Below are positions 18,331 through 27,345 of a DNA stretch of 64,000 bases, piece by piece (within the stretch, counting starts at the first letter, position 1; every line of letters begins with the position of its first letter). The notes under the pieces were generated by a model that was given only the letters and a program-made list of their open reading frames with translations, searched no databases and was not told the DNA's origin. Source of the DNA: Thermoflexales bacterium (GTDB lineage Bacteria > Chloroflexota > Anaerolineae > B4-G1 > DUEL01); assembly GCA_014360895.1 (NCBI GenBank), contig JACIWQ010000002.1, positions 6,629 to 70,628 on the forward strand. The letters are read 5' to 3'. The position numbers and the translations under genes are program-made.

Positions 18331-18380
18331 CAGTCAGGTGACAGTCACCTCAAAGGTGACTGTCACCTGAATGTCACCTG
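18331..18380. repeat. Family B nested palindrome (CAGTCAGGTGACAGTCACCTCAAAGGTGACTGTCACCTG...)
   Basis: A perfect 15-bp palindrome and its complement separated by 3 nt. The same element occurs at 58476-58515, with partial copies at 8551-8582 and 62829-62850. Confidence 0.75.
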
Positions 18381-19423
18381 ACCACCTCAATCCCCGGCTC
18401 CCCCTCCACCACCTCCCCGACCTCCCAGAAGGGCTGGTCCAGCGCGCGGCAGGCCTCGGCGAATCGGTCCATCTCACCGGCGGGGATGGCGGCCAGAATC
18501 CCCCCGTTGGTCTGCGCATCATAGAGGAGCATCTGGACCTCTTCCGGGATGGACGGGTCAAAGGTCACCCACTGGCGGAAGTACATCTCGTTGGCCGCCG
18601 TCCCGCCGGGGAAGAGCCACTGCTCGGCCAGGGGACGGGCCGCCTCCAGGATGGGGACCCGGTCGGCCCGGACCCGGAAGCGGACCCCCGCCGCCAGGGC
18701 CATCTCCGCCGCGTGGCCCAGGAAGCCGAAGCCGGTGACGTCGGTGGCACCCCGGGCGGAGGTGGCGTGGACGGCCCGAACGGCGTCCCGGTTCAGCCGC
18801 AGCATCCAGGGGACGGCCTGGGCCAGCGCCTCCGGAGAGGCCTGCCCGGCCCGGTAGGCGGTGGTGATGACGCCGGAGCCCAACGGTTTGGTCAGGGCCA
18901 GCCGTTCGCCGGGCCGCGCGCCGCCCTTGAGGAGCAGCCGGTCCGGCGTCACCGTCCCGATGACGGCCAGGCCGTACTTGGGCTCCCGGTCGTCCATCGT
19001 GTGCCCGCCGGCGACGACGACGCCCGCCTCCCGGGCCTTCTCCATCCCGCCCCGGAAAATCTCGGCGGCGATCTCCGGCGGCATGTCCGAGGGGATGGCG
19101 GCCAGGTTGAGGGCCAGGAAGGGCGTCCCGCCCATCGCGTAGACGTCGCTGATGGAGTTAGCGGCGGCGATGGCGCCGTAGGTGTAGGCGTCGTCCACCA
19201 CCGGCGCGAAGAAGTCCGCCGTCGCCACCAGCAGGGTGCCGTTCTCCATCCGGTAGACGACGGCGTCATCGGGCGAGCCGAGCCCCACGACGACGCGCTC
19301 ACTTTCCTGAAGCGAATCCAGCAGGGGGCGCAGGACCTGCGCCAGGGCCCCGGGGGCCAGTTTTCCCGCTCAACCCGCGCAGGAGGCAATTTGGGTCAGC
19401 CGGGTAAAGTCTCGTTTGGGCAT
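18374..19423 (-). CDS. selD: Selenide, water dikinase SelD, predicted selenoprotein with in-frame UGA (Sec) at codon 18
   Basis: The body from 19288 matches SelD (DAVVYRMENGTLLVATADFF, AIR-synthase-like). Extending the same frame upstream gives MPKRDFTRLTQIASCAG-[TGA at 19370-19372]-AGKLAPGALAQVLRPLL. This aligns with the SelD N-terminal GAG-C/U-GCK active-site loop. There is an ATG at 19423 with a GGAGG RBS and an upstream in-frame stop at 19439. The ORF track split it at the UGA. Confidence 0.7.
19330..19369 (-). promoter_or_regulatory. Candidate bacterial SECIS hairpin immediately downstream of the selD UGA
   Basis: The GC stem-loop GGCCCCCGGGGCC (minus strand, 19346-19358) begins about 13 nt after the UGA. 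The fold and loop features were not verified. Confidence 0.3.
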
Positions 19424-19522
19424 GGGACCTCCCGGCCCTCACCCCTCCCCCAGCCCCTCCCCTCTCCCACTTACGGGAGAGGGGGTGGGGGTGGCCCGCA
19501 GGGCCGGGGGTGGGGATGAGGG

Positions 19523-19732
19523 CTACCGCGTCAGCGTCAACTTGAACTCGTCCCCCACCGCTTCCACCTGCACCTTGAGGCCGGCCCGTTCGGCCGCCCG
19601 GCGCACGTTCTCGCGGGAGGTGACGGTATCCACCAGAACTTCAATGGGGAATTGCCCCTCTTCCATTGCTTGCCGGGTCAGGATGACCGGCTGGGGGCAG
19701 GAGAGCCCCCGTGCGTCCACGACTTTCGCCAT
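19523..19732 (-). CDS. TusA-like sulfurtransferase-family small protein
   Basis: MAKVVDARGLSCPQPVILTRQAM has the TusA CPxP motif. 69 aa. Confidence 0.7.
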   Translation of the reverse strand: MAKVVDARGLSCPQPVILTRQAMEEGQFPIEVLVDTVTSRENVRRAAERAGLKVQVEAVGDEFKLTLTR

Positions 19733-19866
19733 TTTACCACCTCCTGATGGGAAACCGCAAAGGGCGCGAAGAACGCAAAGGTTTGTAAGGACGCGCGCAG
19801 TTGGCCTTGGAGCGCAGGCCGTCGGGCCTGTCCGGAACAGGCGAACGGCCTGCGTTCTTCCCTCCA

Positions 19867-20150
19867 GTCATTGCGAGGGAGCACAGCGCCCGAGGGGTCA
19901 TTGCGAGGGCGCGAAGCGCCCGAAGCAATCCCCAGAAGCGACGAGGAGATTGCTTCGCCCTTCGGGCTCGCAATGACTGTCCGGGGTCATTGCGAGGGCG
20001 TGCAGTGCCCGAAGCAATCCCCAGAAGCGACGAGGAGATTGCTTCGCCCTTCGGGCTCGCAATGACTGTCTGGGGTCATTGCGAGGGCGTGCAGCGCCCG
20101 AAGCAATCCCCATCCAGTGGAGACTGCTTCGCTCCGCTCGCAGTGAATAG
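19867..20150. repeat. Three or more tandem family A palindromic elements
   Basis: Repeated GGTCATTGCGAGGGCG..GCCCGAAGCAATCCCCAGAAGCGACGAGGAGATTGCTTCGCCCTTCGGGCTCGCAATGAC units. ORFs in the track here are spurious. Confidence 0.75.
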
Positions 20151-20265
20151 CCGGGGGTTGCCGCCAAACAGCCTGCGCTCCGCTTCTTCCGCCTATAATC
20201 CCTGCGCCCTCTGCGTCCTCCACGGTTGATCCACCGCAGAGAGCGCAGAGAAGGCGGAGATTTTA

Positions 20266-21417
20266 TCAATTTCTCTCCGCGCCCTCTGCGTTCTCTGCGG
20301 TCCACTCTTTCGCCCGCATCGTGAAGCCCAGCACGATGCAGAAGACCAGTCCGATGAGGACGGCGGCCTGTCCATAGGGACCGGGCCCGCCGACGGTCAG
20401 CACGCCCTCGGCCAGTTTGTCGGGAACGCCGGTCAGGGCCCAGTTGTGGGCGAAGCCCGCGCCGAAAATCATCCCCAGGACGAAGAGGGCCGCGTCGCCG
20501 TCGCCCTCACCGGAGAGGAAGAGTTGACGGCCCGGGCAGCCGCCCGCCAGGAGGAAGGCCAGCCCGGCCAATGCCATCCCCAGGAAGTTCCAGAGGTGGT
20601 TGGAGTGGGCCACCGGCTGGGCGGCAAAGCCCAGTTTGAACTGCCCCAGGGCCAGGTTGGTCACCAGCGCGACCACGAAGAGCGCGCCGACGCCGGTGAT
20701 GAGGTGGGTATCCCCCATCAGGATGACGTCCCGCCAGGCGCCCATCGTGCAGAAGCGGGTGCGCTGGGCCAGGAAGCCGATGACCAGCCCCACGGCCAGG
20801 GAGATGAGAATGGGCGCGTGTTTGGAGCCGGGCCCCTCGGTGCTGAAGAAGATGGGGCCGTCTTTGGTGAACTGGGGGCGGAAGAGGAGGAGCAGGAGGA
20901 GGCCCAGTATGATGACGGGCATCATCCAGCCCACGGGGGCCGGCGCCGGGCGGCTGCGGCCCAGGGAGTATCCCCGTTTGAGGAAGAAGACGCCCACGGC
21001 GATACCGGCGACCAGCCCGGCGGTGCCCACCAGGCCGTTCAGGTCGCCGCCCGCCAGCCGCAGCAGGGCCCGCCAGGGGCAGCCCAGGAAGGTCAGGGCG
21101 CCGATCATAGCGAACATGCCCAGGAGGAAGCGGACGATGGGGGCGGAGCCGGCGCGGGGCTTGAACTCCCGGAAGAGGAGGGCCGCGACCAGGGAGCCCA
21201 GGACGAAGGCGATGATTTCGGGCCGGATGTACTGGACGGTGGCGGCCCGGTGGAGGCCCAGGGCTCCGGCGATGTCCCGCTCAAAGCAGGCCACGCAGAT
21301 GCCCATGTTGGCGGGGTTGCCGGCCTTCTGCAGGAGCGGGGCCAGGAGGCCGATGACCGCCCCGGCCAGGAGGATGCCCCAGCGCGAGGCGAAGAAACGG
21401 GTGAGACGTTCGGACAT
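20266..21417 (-). CDS. yedE: YedE/YeeE-family putative selenium/sulfur-compound transporter
   Basis: Multi-TM protein with paired GICVACFERD and FCTMGAWRD motifs. The start was moved to the internal ATG at 21417 (MSERLTRFF), which has a GGAGG RBS. Confidence 0.7.
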   Translation of the reverse strand: MSERLTRFFASRWGILLAGAVIGLLAPLLQKAGNPANMGICVACFERDIAGALGLHRAATVQYIRPEIIAFVLGSLVAALLFREFKPRAGSAPIVRFLLGMFAMIGALTFLGCPWRALLRLAGGDLNGLVGTAGLVAGIAVGVFFLKRGYSLGRSRPAPAPVGWMMPVIILGLLLLLLFRPQFTKDGPIFFSTEGPGSKHAPILISLAVGLVIGFLAQRTRFCTMGAWRDVILMGDTHLITGVGALFVVALVTNLALGQFKLGFAAQPVAHSNHLWNFLGMALAGLAFLLAGGCPGRQLFLSGEGDGDAALFVLGMIFGAGFAHNWALTGVPDKLAEGVLTVGGPGPYGQAAVLIGLVFCIVLGFTMRAKEWTAENAEGAERN

Positions 21418-21720
21418 GGTGCACACCTCCCTGAATGGAATCTCCACGCGACCGGGCGGGGGCCCGGGCACGGCGTGGGCGCGAAAAAGCCGCCGTCGGC
21501 CCACGCCGGCGGCGGCTTCGGGAGGCGCGCCCCATATCCGTCTCAGGGTGCGGCATCCCCGCCGCCCCCGGACGCAGGCCCAGCGGTTCTCGGGCGCCAA
21601 CCGGCGCCCCGCCGATGCGATCAGGTGCGGCGGTGATACCAGAGGGTCATGTCTTGCTCCCTTGCCGATACTACCGAAAGTATACACCAAGATGGCGGAG
21701 AACGCAAGCTGCATGTTCCC

Positions 21721-22617
21721 CTACCTGCGCTCTCCCTGCAGCAGAAAGACCCCGACCAGGATCAATCCCCCACCCAGCAGTTGGATGGGGGTCATCTGTT
21801 CCCTTAAGATGAAGTATGCCATGATGCCCGTCATCACCGGCTCCAGGGTGACGACGATGTTGGCGACGGCCGCCGGAAGGTAGGCCAAGCTGACCGTGTA
21901 CAGACCGTAGCCTCCAATGGTCGGCAACAGTGCCAGGGTAGCTAGAAGGGCCCACCCGCTTGTTCGGTCGCCCAGCCAGAAAAGGGTGGCCCGGTGCTGC
22001 AGGAGGAACAGGAAGGCCGTCGCTATGGTAAAGGCGCCAAAGGTGGCCGTCCAGGGGGAGATTTCCCGGCGGTGGGCGGCCTTGCCGAAGAGGCTGTAGG
22101 CCGTGAACGCCAGCCCACCGCTCAGCCCCACGACAATCCCCAGCGGGTTCAATCTCCAGGCGTCCCGATTGTAGGCGCCGGAGGTCAGAATGCAGCCAGC
22201 CAGACTCAGGACCAGGGCCACCACGCGGGATGGCCCGAAGCGCTCGCCGAAAAGGTAACGCTCCGCCAGCGCGGTAAAGGCGGGGGAACTGTAGACCAGT
22301 ATCGTCGCCACCGCCGCGCCGTTGAGCGCCACTGAGGTGGTCCACAGCGCGTTGAAGATGGCCAGGGTAAGGCCATACGCGGCGAAGAACGCCAGGTTGC
22401 GCCGGGGATTGGGGACGCGGAGCAGGCGGGGTCGGAGCAGACCCAGACCCAGCGCCAGCCCCAGGGCGACGAACAGGTCCCTCCAGAAGGCCAGCACCAG
22501 GGGCGGCAGCCGGTAATGGTTGCTCAGATGAGCGATAAAGACGGCCGTCGTGGACCAGACAGCCGTCCCCGCCAGACAGATGAGCAGGCCACGGGTGAAC
22601 GATGAACGAGGATGCAT
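21721..22617 (-). CDS. DMT-superfamily (EamA-like) transporter
   Basis: 10-TM duplicated EamA pattern, 298 aa. Confidence 0.65.
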   Translation of the reverse strand: MHPRSSFTRGLLICLAGTAVWSTTAVFIAHLSNHYRLPPLVLAFWRDLFVALGLALGLGLLRPRLLRVPNPRRNLAFFAAYGLTLAIFNALWTTSVALNGAAVATILVYSSPAFTALAERYLFGERFGPSRVVALVLSLAGCILTSGAYNRDAWRLNPLGIVVGLSGGLAFTAYSLFGKAAHRREISPWTATFGAFTIATAFLFLLQHRATLFWLGDRTSGWALLATLALLPTIGGYGLYTVSLAYLPAAVANIVVTLEPVMTGIMAYFILREQMTPIQLLGGGLILVGVFLLQGERR

Positions 22618-22627
22618 CGCGTTGTCC

Positions 22628-25444
22628 TTAACGAATCTCCAGCGGGAAACTCAACGCCCGGTCCGACGGAGCCTCCAACCCAAAGGTGACGGGCATCCGC
22701 TCACCGTCCGGAGCGTAGAGCCCCGCGCGAATCTGATAGGTCCCTGCGGGGAGGCCCGGCAGCGGGTGTGGGTCGGTGACAATCTCGCCGGGAACCCACG
22801 TGTGGGTGGGGCGTCCGTTGAGGCCGGGCCAGCCGTCGTGCTGGGCCACCAGGGAGAGCGGCGCGTCCGGCGGGGTGATGTGGACAAAAACCGAGCGGGG
22901 GGTATCGTCCGTAAAGCCGGCCCGCCAGATGAGGGTCACGGTGAACGGTTCGCCGGCCTGCACCTGGGGCGGGTCCAGGCGGTATCCCAGCAGGGTAGCG
23001 AATCCGGGCCCGAATTCTGCCCCTACCGGTTCGTAGGGGACAGTCGGTTCGGCGAAGACCCGCTCTGTCCGGACGGTAACCGTCGGGCCATACCAGACTC
23101 CGCCCGTCTCCGACCCGTCGGCCCGCAGCAGGCGAACCTCCAGCGGGGCCTCCAGGTCCAGCGCCCGGCACGGGAAGATGAGTTGGAAGTAGGACCGGAT
23201 GCGGTCGCCGGGGCGCAGGAGGGCCTGGGATTCGGCGGGGGCCAGCGGGTTCTCCTCCCGGTGTTCCCCCGCCACAATCGCCACCCGGTACTCTTCCCGG
23301 AGGGGCTCCCGGACCTCCCAGAAGAGTTCCCCCGTGATTTTCCGGCAGGGCACCCCTTCGCTCTGGAAGAGGTGGACCCCCAGGAGGGCCAGCGGAGCCG
23401 GTGCCCCGGCCGGACGGGCCGGGGAGAACTCCCCCGGCATCTCCGGCGGCGACGCGGGTTGAGTGACCGTGATGGGTCGGAGGGCGATTGTCCCCGCCGC
23501 CTCCTGTGTGTAGAGGGTCAGCGTGGGGGTGTAGACGCCGGGAGGAGTCCCCGCCGGGAGGCGCAGGAAGAAGCGCCCGAAGACCGGTACACCGGGGGGC
23601 CAGCGCTCCGGCCGGTAGTCGCCGTCGGTCACGATGCGGTCGTCCTGGCCCCACTCCACTCCCAGCCCGTCCCGCAGCCGGAAAGAGGCCATATAGAGGG
23701 CTCCCGTGTGTCGCGCGGGGTCGTCCGTTGTCCACCAGACCCGCAGTTCCAGCGGCTGGTCGGCGGGATGAGGCCCCTCCGGCAGGAAGTATCCCCAGAG
23801 GCGAACCCCCGGCAGGAGTTCCACGTCGGGCCGGTCGGTCGTGGGCGGCTCCAGGGGGAAGTTTGGGGGGCCGTCCAGCAGGAACCGGCGGACCCGCAGG
23901 TGGCGGAAGTAGGGCACCGGCTCCTCGCGCGCCACGTCTTCCAGAAGCGTCTCCACCAGCCGGGTCGGGTCGGTGACGCCGTCCAGCCAGGCCACCAGCC
24001 AGACGGAGCAGGGGGCCGGCCGTGCGCCACAGGGCGCGAGGGCGGTGTTCAGGGTTCGGGCGACTTCGGGGTAGGTCAGGACGTGGGTGACGTCCAGCAG
24101 GGGGTCGTTGGGCATCGGGAGCATCCCCTTGGCCCCGGCGTAGTAGAGCCAGGTCGGGAAGACGGAGCCGGTGGAGATGAGGACAACGTCGCCGGGGGCC
24201 CGGTGTTCCTGGATGTAGCGGGCCGCGCCGCGCCAGTCCTGGCGGGCGTAGGCCGGATTGGTCAGCAGGTTGCGGTCGGCCTCCCAGAGGAAGCGGCCGG
24301 CCAGCGCCGTCGCGGCGGTCAGGAGAAGGGCGACGAGGGCCCGGACCCCCCGACGGCGGGCGTTCTCCAGGCTTCCCCACGCGACGGCCAGGGCCAGAAA
24401 GGTCGCGGGGGCAAAGAGGGCCGCGTGGCGGGCGCCCCATTTGGGGATTTCTTGGTAGGTGTAGGCGATGAGCAGGAGCGGCGCGGCGTAGAGAAAGGGA
24501 TACAGGCCCGGCAGGAGCTGGGGGCGGGAAGCGGCCAGGGCCAGAAGCGCGGCCAGGAGGACAATGCAGGCCGCCGTCTCCGCCACCTCATCTGGGAGAT
24601 GCTCCATCACGGTCAGCCCGCCGAGGGAGATACGGAGCAGGTAGGGCGGGGGCATATACCCGTGCCAGTAGGTCATGTTCAGGGGTGCCATCTTCACGGC
24701 GACCCAGGCCCAGGGAAGGTAGAGGACCGCCACCACCAGGGCGGGGAGAAAGAAACGCTTTCTCAAAACCGCAAAGGGCGCGAAGAGCGCAAAGAAATCT
24801 AAAGAATCTTTGCGTTCTTTGCGGTTAGAAAATTCCACTTTGGCCGCGAGAACGGCGACCAGCGCGATAAGCCCCTGTCCGACGAGCCAGAAGCCGGCCA
24901 GGGCCAGGGTGTAGAGGGCGGCGAGGGTGAACGTGGCCCAGAGCCAGGCCCAGAGCTGGCGCCCACGGGCAGAAGAGGCCGCGAGGGTTTCCAGCAGGGC
25001 GACGTCGGCCAGCAGGGTCCAGGCCAGCGCAGGGCCGTACATGCGGACCTCGCGGGAGGCCCAGAGGAAGGGGGTGCCGACCGCGAAGAGGAGCGCCGCG
25101 GCCAGCGCGCCCAGGGGCCGTCCGGTGAGGCGTCCGGCCAGCCGCGCGGCTCCAGCGATGGTCAGGACGCCCATGAGCACCGACGGCCATCGGAGGGCGA
25201 ACTCCGTCGCGCCGGCCAGGGGAATCCAGGCCCGGAGCAAGAGGTAATAGAGAGGCGGGACGACTTCCCGCGCGCTGAGGCTCAGCATCTCCCGCAGGGG
25301 AACCTGGGAAGCCACCCACCAGCAGTAGGCCTCGTCGTACCAGAGGCTCCAGCGGTCCAGCCCTCCTGCGCGCAGGGCGAGAGCGAGAAGGAGGCAGAAA
25401 ACCAGAGGCAGGAGCCTCGGGAGGGTCAGGCGGTTATCGGACAT
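22628..25444 (-). CDS. Large membrane glycosyltransferase, family 39 (ArnT/PMT-like) with a long C-terminal extracytoplasmic domain
   Basis: N-terminal multi-TM region with a WYDEAY-type loop motif typical of GT39/PMT_2. The start was set at the internal ATG 25444 (MSDNRLTLPRLLPLVF). Confidence 0.65.
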   Translation of the reverse strand: MSDNRLTLPRLLPLVFCLLLALALRAGGLDRWSLWYDEAYCWWVASQVPLREMLSLSAREVVPPLYYLLLRAWIPLAGATEFALRWPSVLMGVLTIAGAARLAGRLTGRPLGALAAALLFAVGTPFLWASREVRMYGPALAWTLLADVALLETLAASSARGRQLWAWLWATFTLAALYTLALAGFWLVGQGLIALVAVLAAKVEFSNRKERKDSLDFFALFAPFAVLRKRFFLPALVVAVLYLPWAWVAVKMAPLNMTYWHGYMPPPYLLRISLGGLTVMEHLPDEVAETAACIVLLAALLALAASRPQLLPGLYPFLYAAPLLLIAYTYQEIPKWGARHAALFAPATFLALAVAWGSLENARRRGVRALVALLLTAATALAGRFLWEADRNLLTNPAYARQDWRGAARYIQEHRAPGDVVLISTGSVFPTWLYYAGAKGMLPMPNDPLLDVTHVLTYPEVARTLNTALAPCGARPAPCSVWLVAWLDGVTDPTRLVETLLEDVAREEPVPYFRHLRVRRFLLDGPPNFPLEPPTTDRPDVELLPGVRLWGYFLPEGPHPADQPLELRVWWTTDDPARHTGALYMASFRLRDGLGVEWGQDDRIVTDGDYRPERWPPGVPVFGRFFLRLPAGTPPGVYTPTLTLYTQEAAGTIALRPITVTQPASPPEMPGEFSPARPAGAPAPLALLGVHLFQSEGVPCRKITGELFWEVREPLREEYRVAIVAGEHREENPLAPAESQALLRPGDRIRSYFQLIFPCRALDLEAPLEVRLLRADGSETGGVWYGPTVTVRTERVFAEPTVPYEPVGAEFGPGFATLLGYRLDPPQVQAGEPFTVTLIWRAGFTDDTPRSVFVHITPPDAPLSLVAQHDGWPGLNGRPTHTWVPGEIVTDPHPLPGLPAGTYQIRAGLYAPDGERMPVTFGLEAPSDRALSFPLEIR

Positions 25445-26048
25445 CCCTGGTCGTCCGTCGTCCAGAAACGCAGGGGTGGTCCCGGATGTAGAAGCGCCAG
25501 GGAACTGTGCGGGCCCGCAGGTCGCCCTGGACGCCGACGCGGGGGCCGGTGGCGACCTGGTCGTCCGGGACGGGAGCCCCGGCATCCACAAAAAGCACCG
25601 CATCGGGCGCGCACATGTCGGCCTTATCCAGGCGCCGGTCAATCTCCATCGCCTGGCAGAGGCGGGCCGGTCCGGCGGTCAGGAGCACAGGGTCTGCGAC
25701 TCCCCGACGCTGGCGCATCTGCTCCAGTCCTTCCAGCGGTTCCAGCGCACGAATGAGAACGGCGGCGGGGAATCCCTCCGCCTCGGTGACGATGTTCAGG
25801 CAGTGGTGGAGGCCGTAAATCTGGTAGACGTAGGCGTGGCCGGGCGGGCCGTACATCGCCTCGTTGCGGGACGTCCGGCCGAAGCGGGCGTGAGAAGCCA
25901 GGTCGTCCTCGCCGATGTAGGCCTCCACCTCCACGATGCGCCCGCTCAGCCGCTCGCCGTCCAGCAGCCGCACCAGGACCTGCCCCAGGAGGTCCCGGGC
26001 GACCTGGAGGGTATCGCGAGCAAAGAAATCACGGGGAAGGGGAGGCAT
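25434..26048 (-). CDS. mpg: DNA-3-methyladenine glycosylase (Mpg/AAG family)
   Basis: FFARDTLQVARDLLG...VEVEAYIGEDDLASHA...GHAYVYQIYGLHHCLNIV matches the AAG family. Confidence 0.8.
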   Translation of the reverse strand: MPPLPRDFFARDTLQVARDLLGQVLVRLLDGERLSGRIVEVEAYIGEDDLASHARFGRTSRNEAMYGPPGHAYVYQIYGLHHCLNIVTEAEGFPAAVLIRALEPLEGLEQMRQRRGVADPVLLTAGPARLCQAMEIDRRLDKADMCAPDAVLFVDAGAPVPDDQVATGPRVGVQGDLRARTVPWRFYIRDHPCVSGRRTTRDVR

Positions 26049-26087
26049 TTTTAGAAGATCGGACCTGGCAAAGGGCGAATTCGGGCC

Positions 26088-26330
26088 CTATGGGCTTCCA
26101 GAACCACAACGAAAAAGGGCGGTCTCTTCCTGAGCCAGGTAGTCCGCTGCGAAATCTATGGCGGCATAAATGTCATCGGGCGTTAGATGAGGGTGGTCGG
26201 CCAGGATTTCGTCTACGGTCATACCGCCGGCCAGTTTGCGCAGGATGTGCTCAACGGTGATGCGGGTTCCACGGATGACCGGCTTGCCAAACATAATGCG
26301 GGGATTGATTTCTATCCGTTCGTGCTGCAT
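26088..26330 (-). CDS. DUF433 domain protein (orphan, no DUF5615 partner visible)
   Basis: MFGKPVIRGTRITVEHILRKLAGGMTVDEILADHPHLTPDDIYAAIDFAADYL matches DUF433. Confidence 0.7.
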   Translation of the reverse strand: MQHERIEINPRIMFGKPVIRGTRITVEHILRKLAGGMTVDEILADHPHLTPDDIYAAIDFAADYLAQEETALFRCGSGSP

Positions 26331-26359
26331 CTCACCTCCGTTGCATCACCACGCGGGTA

Positions 26360-27286
26360 CTACCGGGCGAAGCGCGGGTCGCGCTTCAGCGTAAGCCGCA
26401 GCCCTTCCTGCAGAGAGACGCGCGGCTTGTAGTTCAGGAGACGACGGGCGAGGGTGATGTCGGCACAGAGACGGGAGACCCCGCCGCCCTGGGCCGGGCT
26501 GTGGATGATCTCCACGTCCCGCCCGACGGCCTCCAGCACCATCTGCGCCAGTTCGTTAATGGAGGTCTCCTGCCCGGAGCCGACGTTGATGATGCGGCGG
26601 TCGGCGTCCGGCGCTGTCGCGGCGGCGACCATCGCGTCCACCACATCGTCCAGATAGACAAAGTCGCGCGTCTGGGTGCCACCGCCGAAGATGACCAGGG
26701 TCCCGCCCCGCACCGCCTGCTGGAGGAAGCGGGGGACCACCGGCGGGTGGGAGGGCGGCAGGTTCTGCCCCGGACCGTAGGCGTTGAAGATGCGCAGGAC
26801 CACGGTCTCAATCCCCCAGAGGGCGCCGATGGTCCGGACGTAGTACTCGGCGGCCAGTTTGCTCACGGCGTAGGGGGACTGGGGGTTGGGCGGAGCGTCC
26901 TCCCGCACCGGCTGGGTCGGCTGTTCACCGTAAACGGCGCCGGAGGAAGTGAGGACCACCCGCCGCACCCCGGCGTCCCGGATGGCCTCCATCAGGGTGA
27001 CGGTCCCGCCGACGTTGACCTCGTTGTATTCCCGGGGGTAAAGGACCGATTCGGCCACCAGCACCCGCGCGGCCAGGTGGTAGACGCAGTCCACGTCCTG
27101 CAGGAGCGTCCAGAGTTTGGGGCGGTCCAGGACGCTCCCGCGTGTGAAGAGCACCCGCCCATCCAGCCGGGAGGGGTCTCCGGCGCTCAGGTCGTCTATG
27201 ACCCGGACCTGGTGTCCCTCGGCGGCGAGGCGGTTGGCCAGGGCAGTGCCCAGAAATCCGGCCCCACCGGTAATCAGGAATCGCAT
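26360..27286 (-). CDS. NAD-dependent epimerase/dehydratase (UDP-sugar 4-epimerase-like)
   Basis: [20 protein letters not shown] with a YxxxK active site. The start was moved to ATG 27286. Confidence 0.8.
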   Translation of the reverse strand: MRFLITGGAGFLGTALANRLAAEGHQVRVIDDLSAGDPSRLDGRVLFTRGSVLDRPKLWTLLQDVDCVYHLAARVLVAESVLYPREYNEVNVGGTVTLMEAIRDAGVRRVVLTSSGAVYGEQPTQPVREDAPPNPQSPYAVSKLAAEYYVRTIGALWGIETVVLRIFNAYGPGQNLPPSHPPVVPRFLQQAVRGGTLVIFGGGTQTRDFVYLDDVVDAMVAAATAPDADRRIINVGSGQETSINELAQMVLEAVGRDVEIIHSPAQGGGVSRLCADITLARRLLNYKPRVSLQEGLRLTLKRDPRFAR

Positions 27287-27345
27287 GGTCGGCCATCGGG
27301 TCGGGCCGGAGCGGGCGGCATAGCCGCCCGCTCCGGCCATGTCCT

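Noticed and set aside
18949-19389. 146-aa and 93-aa ORFs overlapping the selD 5' region (18949-19389 -, 18861-19142 +)
   Set aside because: They are alternative frames of the selD locus. The SelD frame, with UGA read as Sec, gives a conserved protein and they do not.
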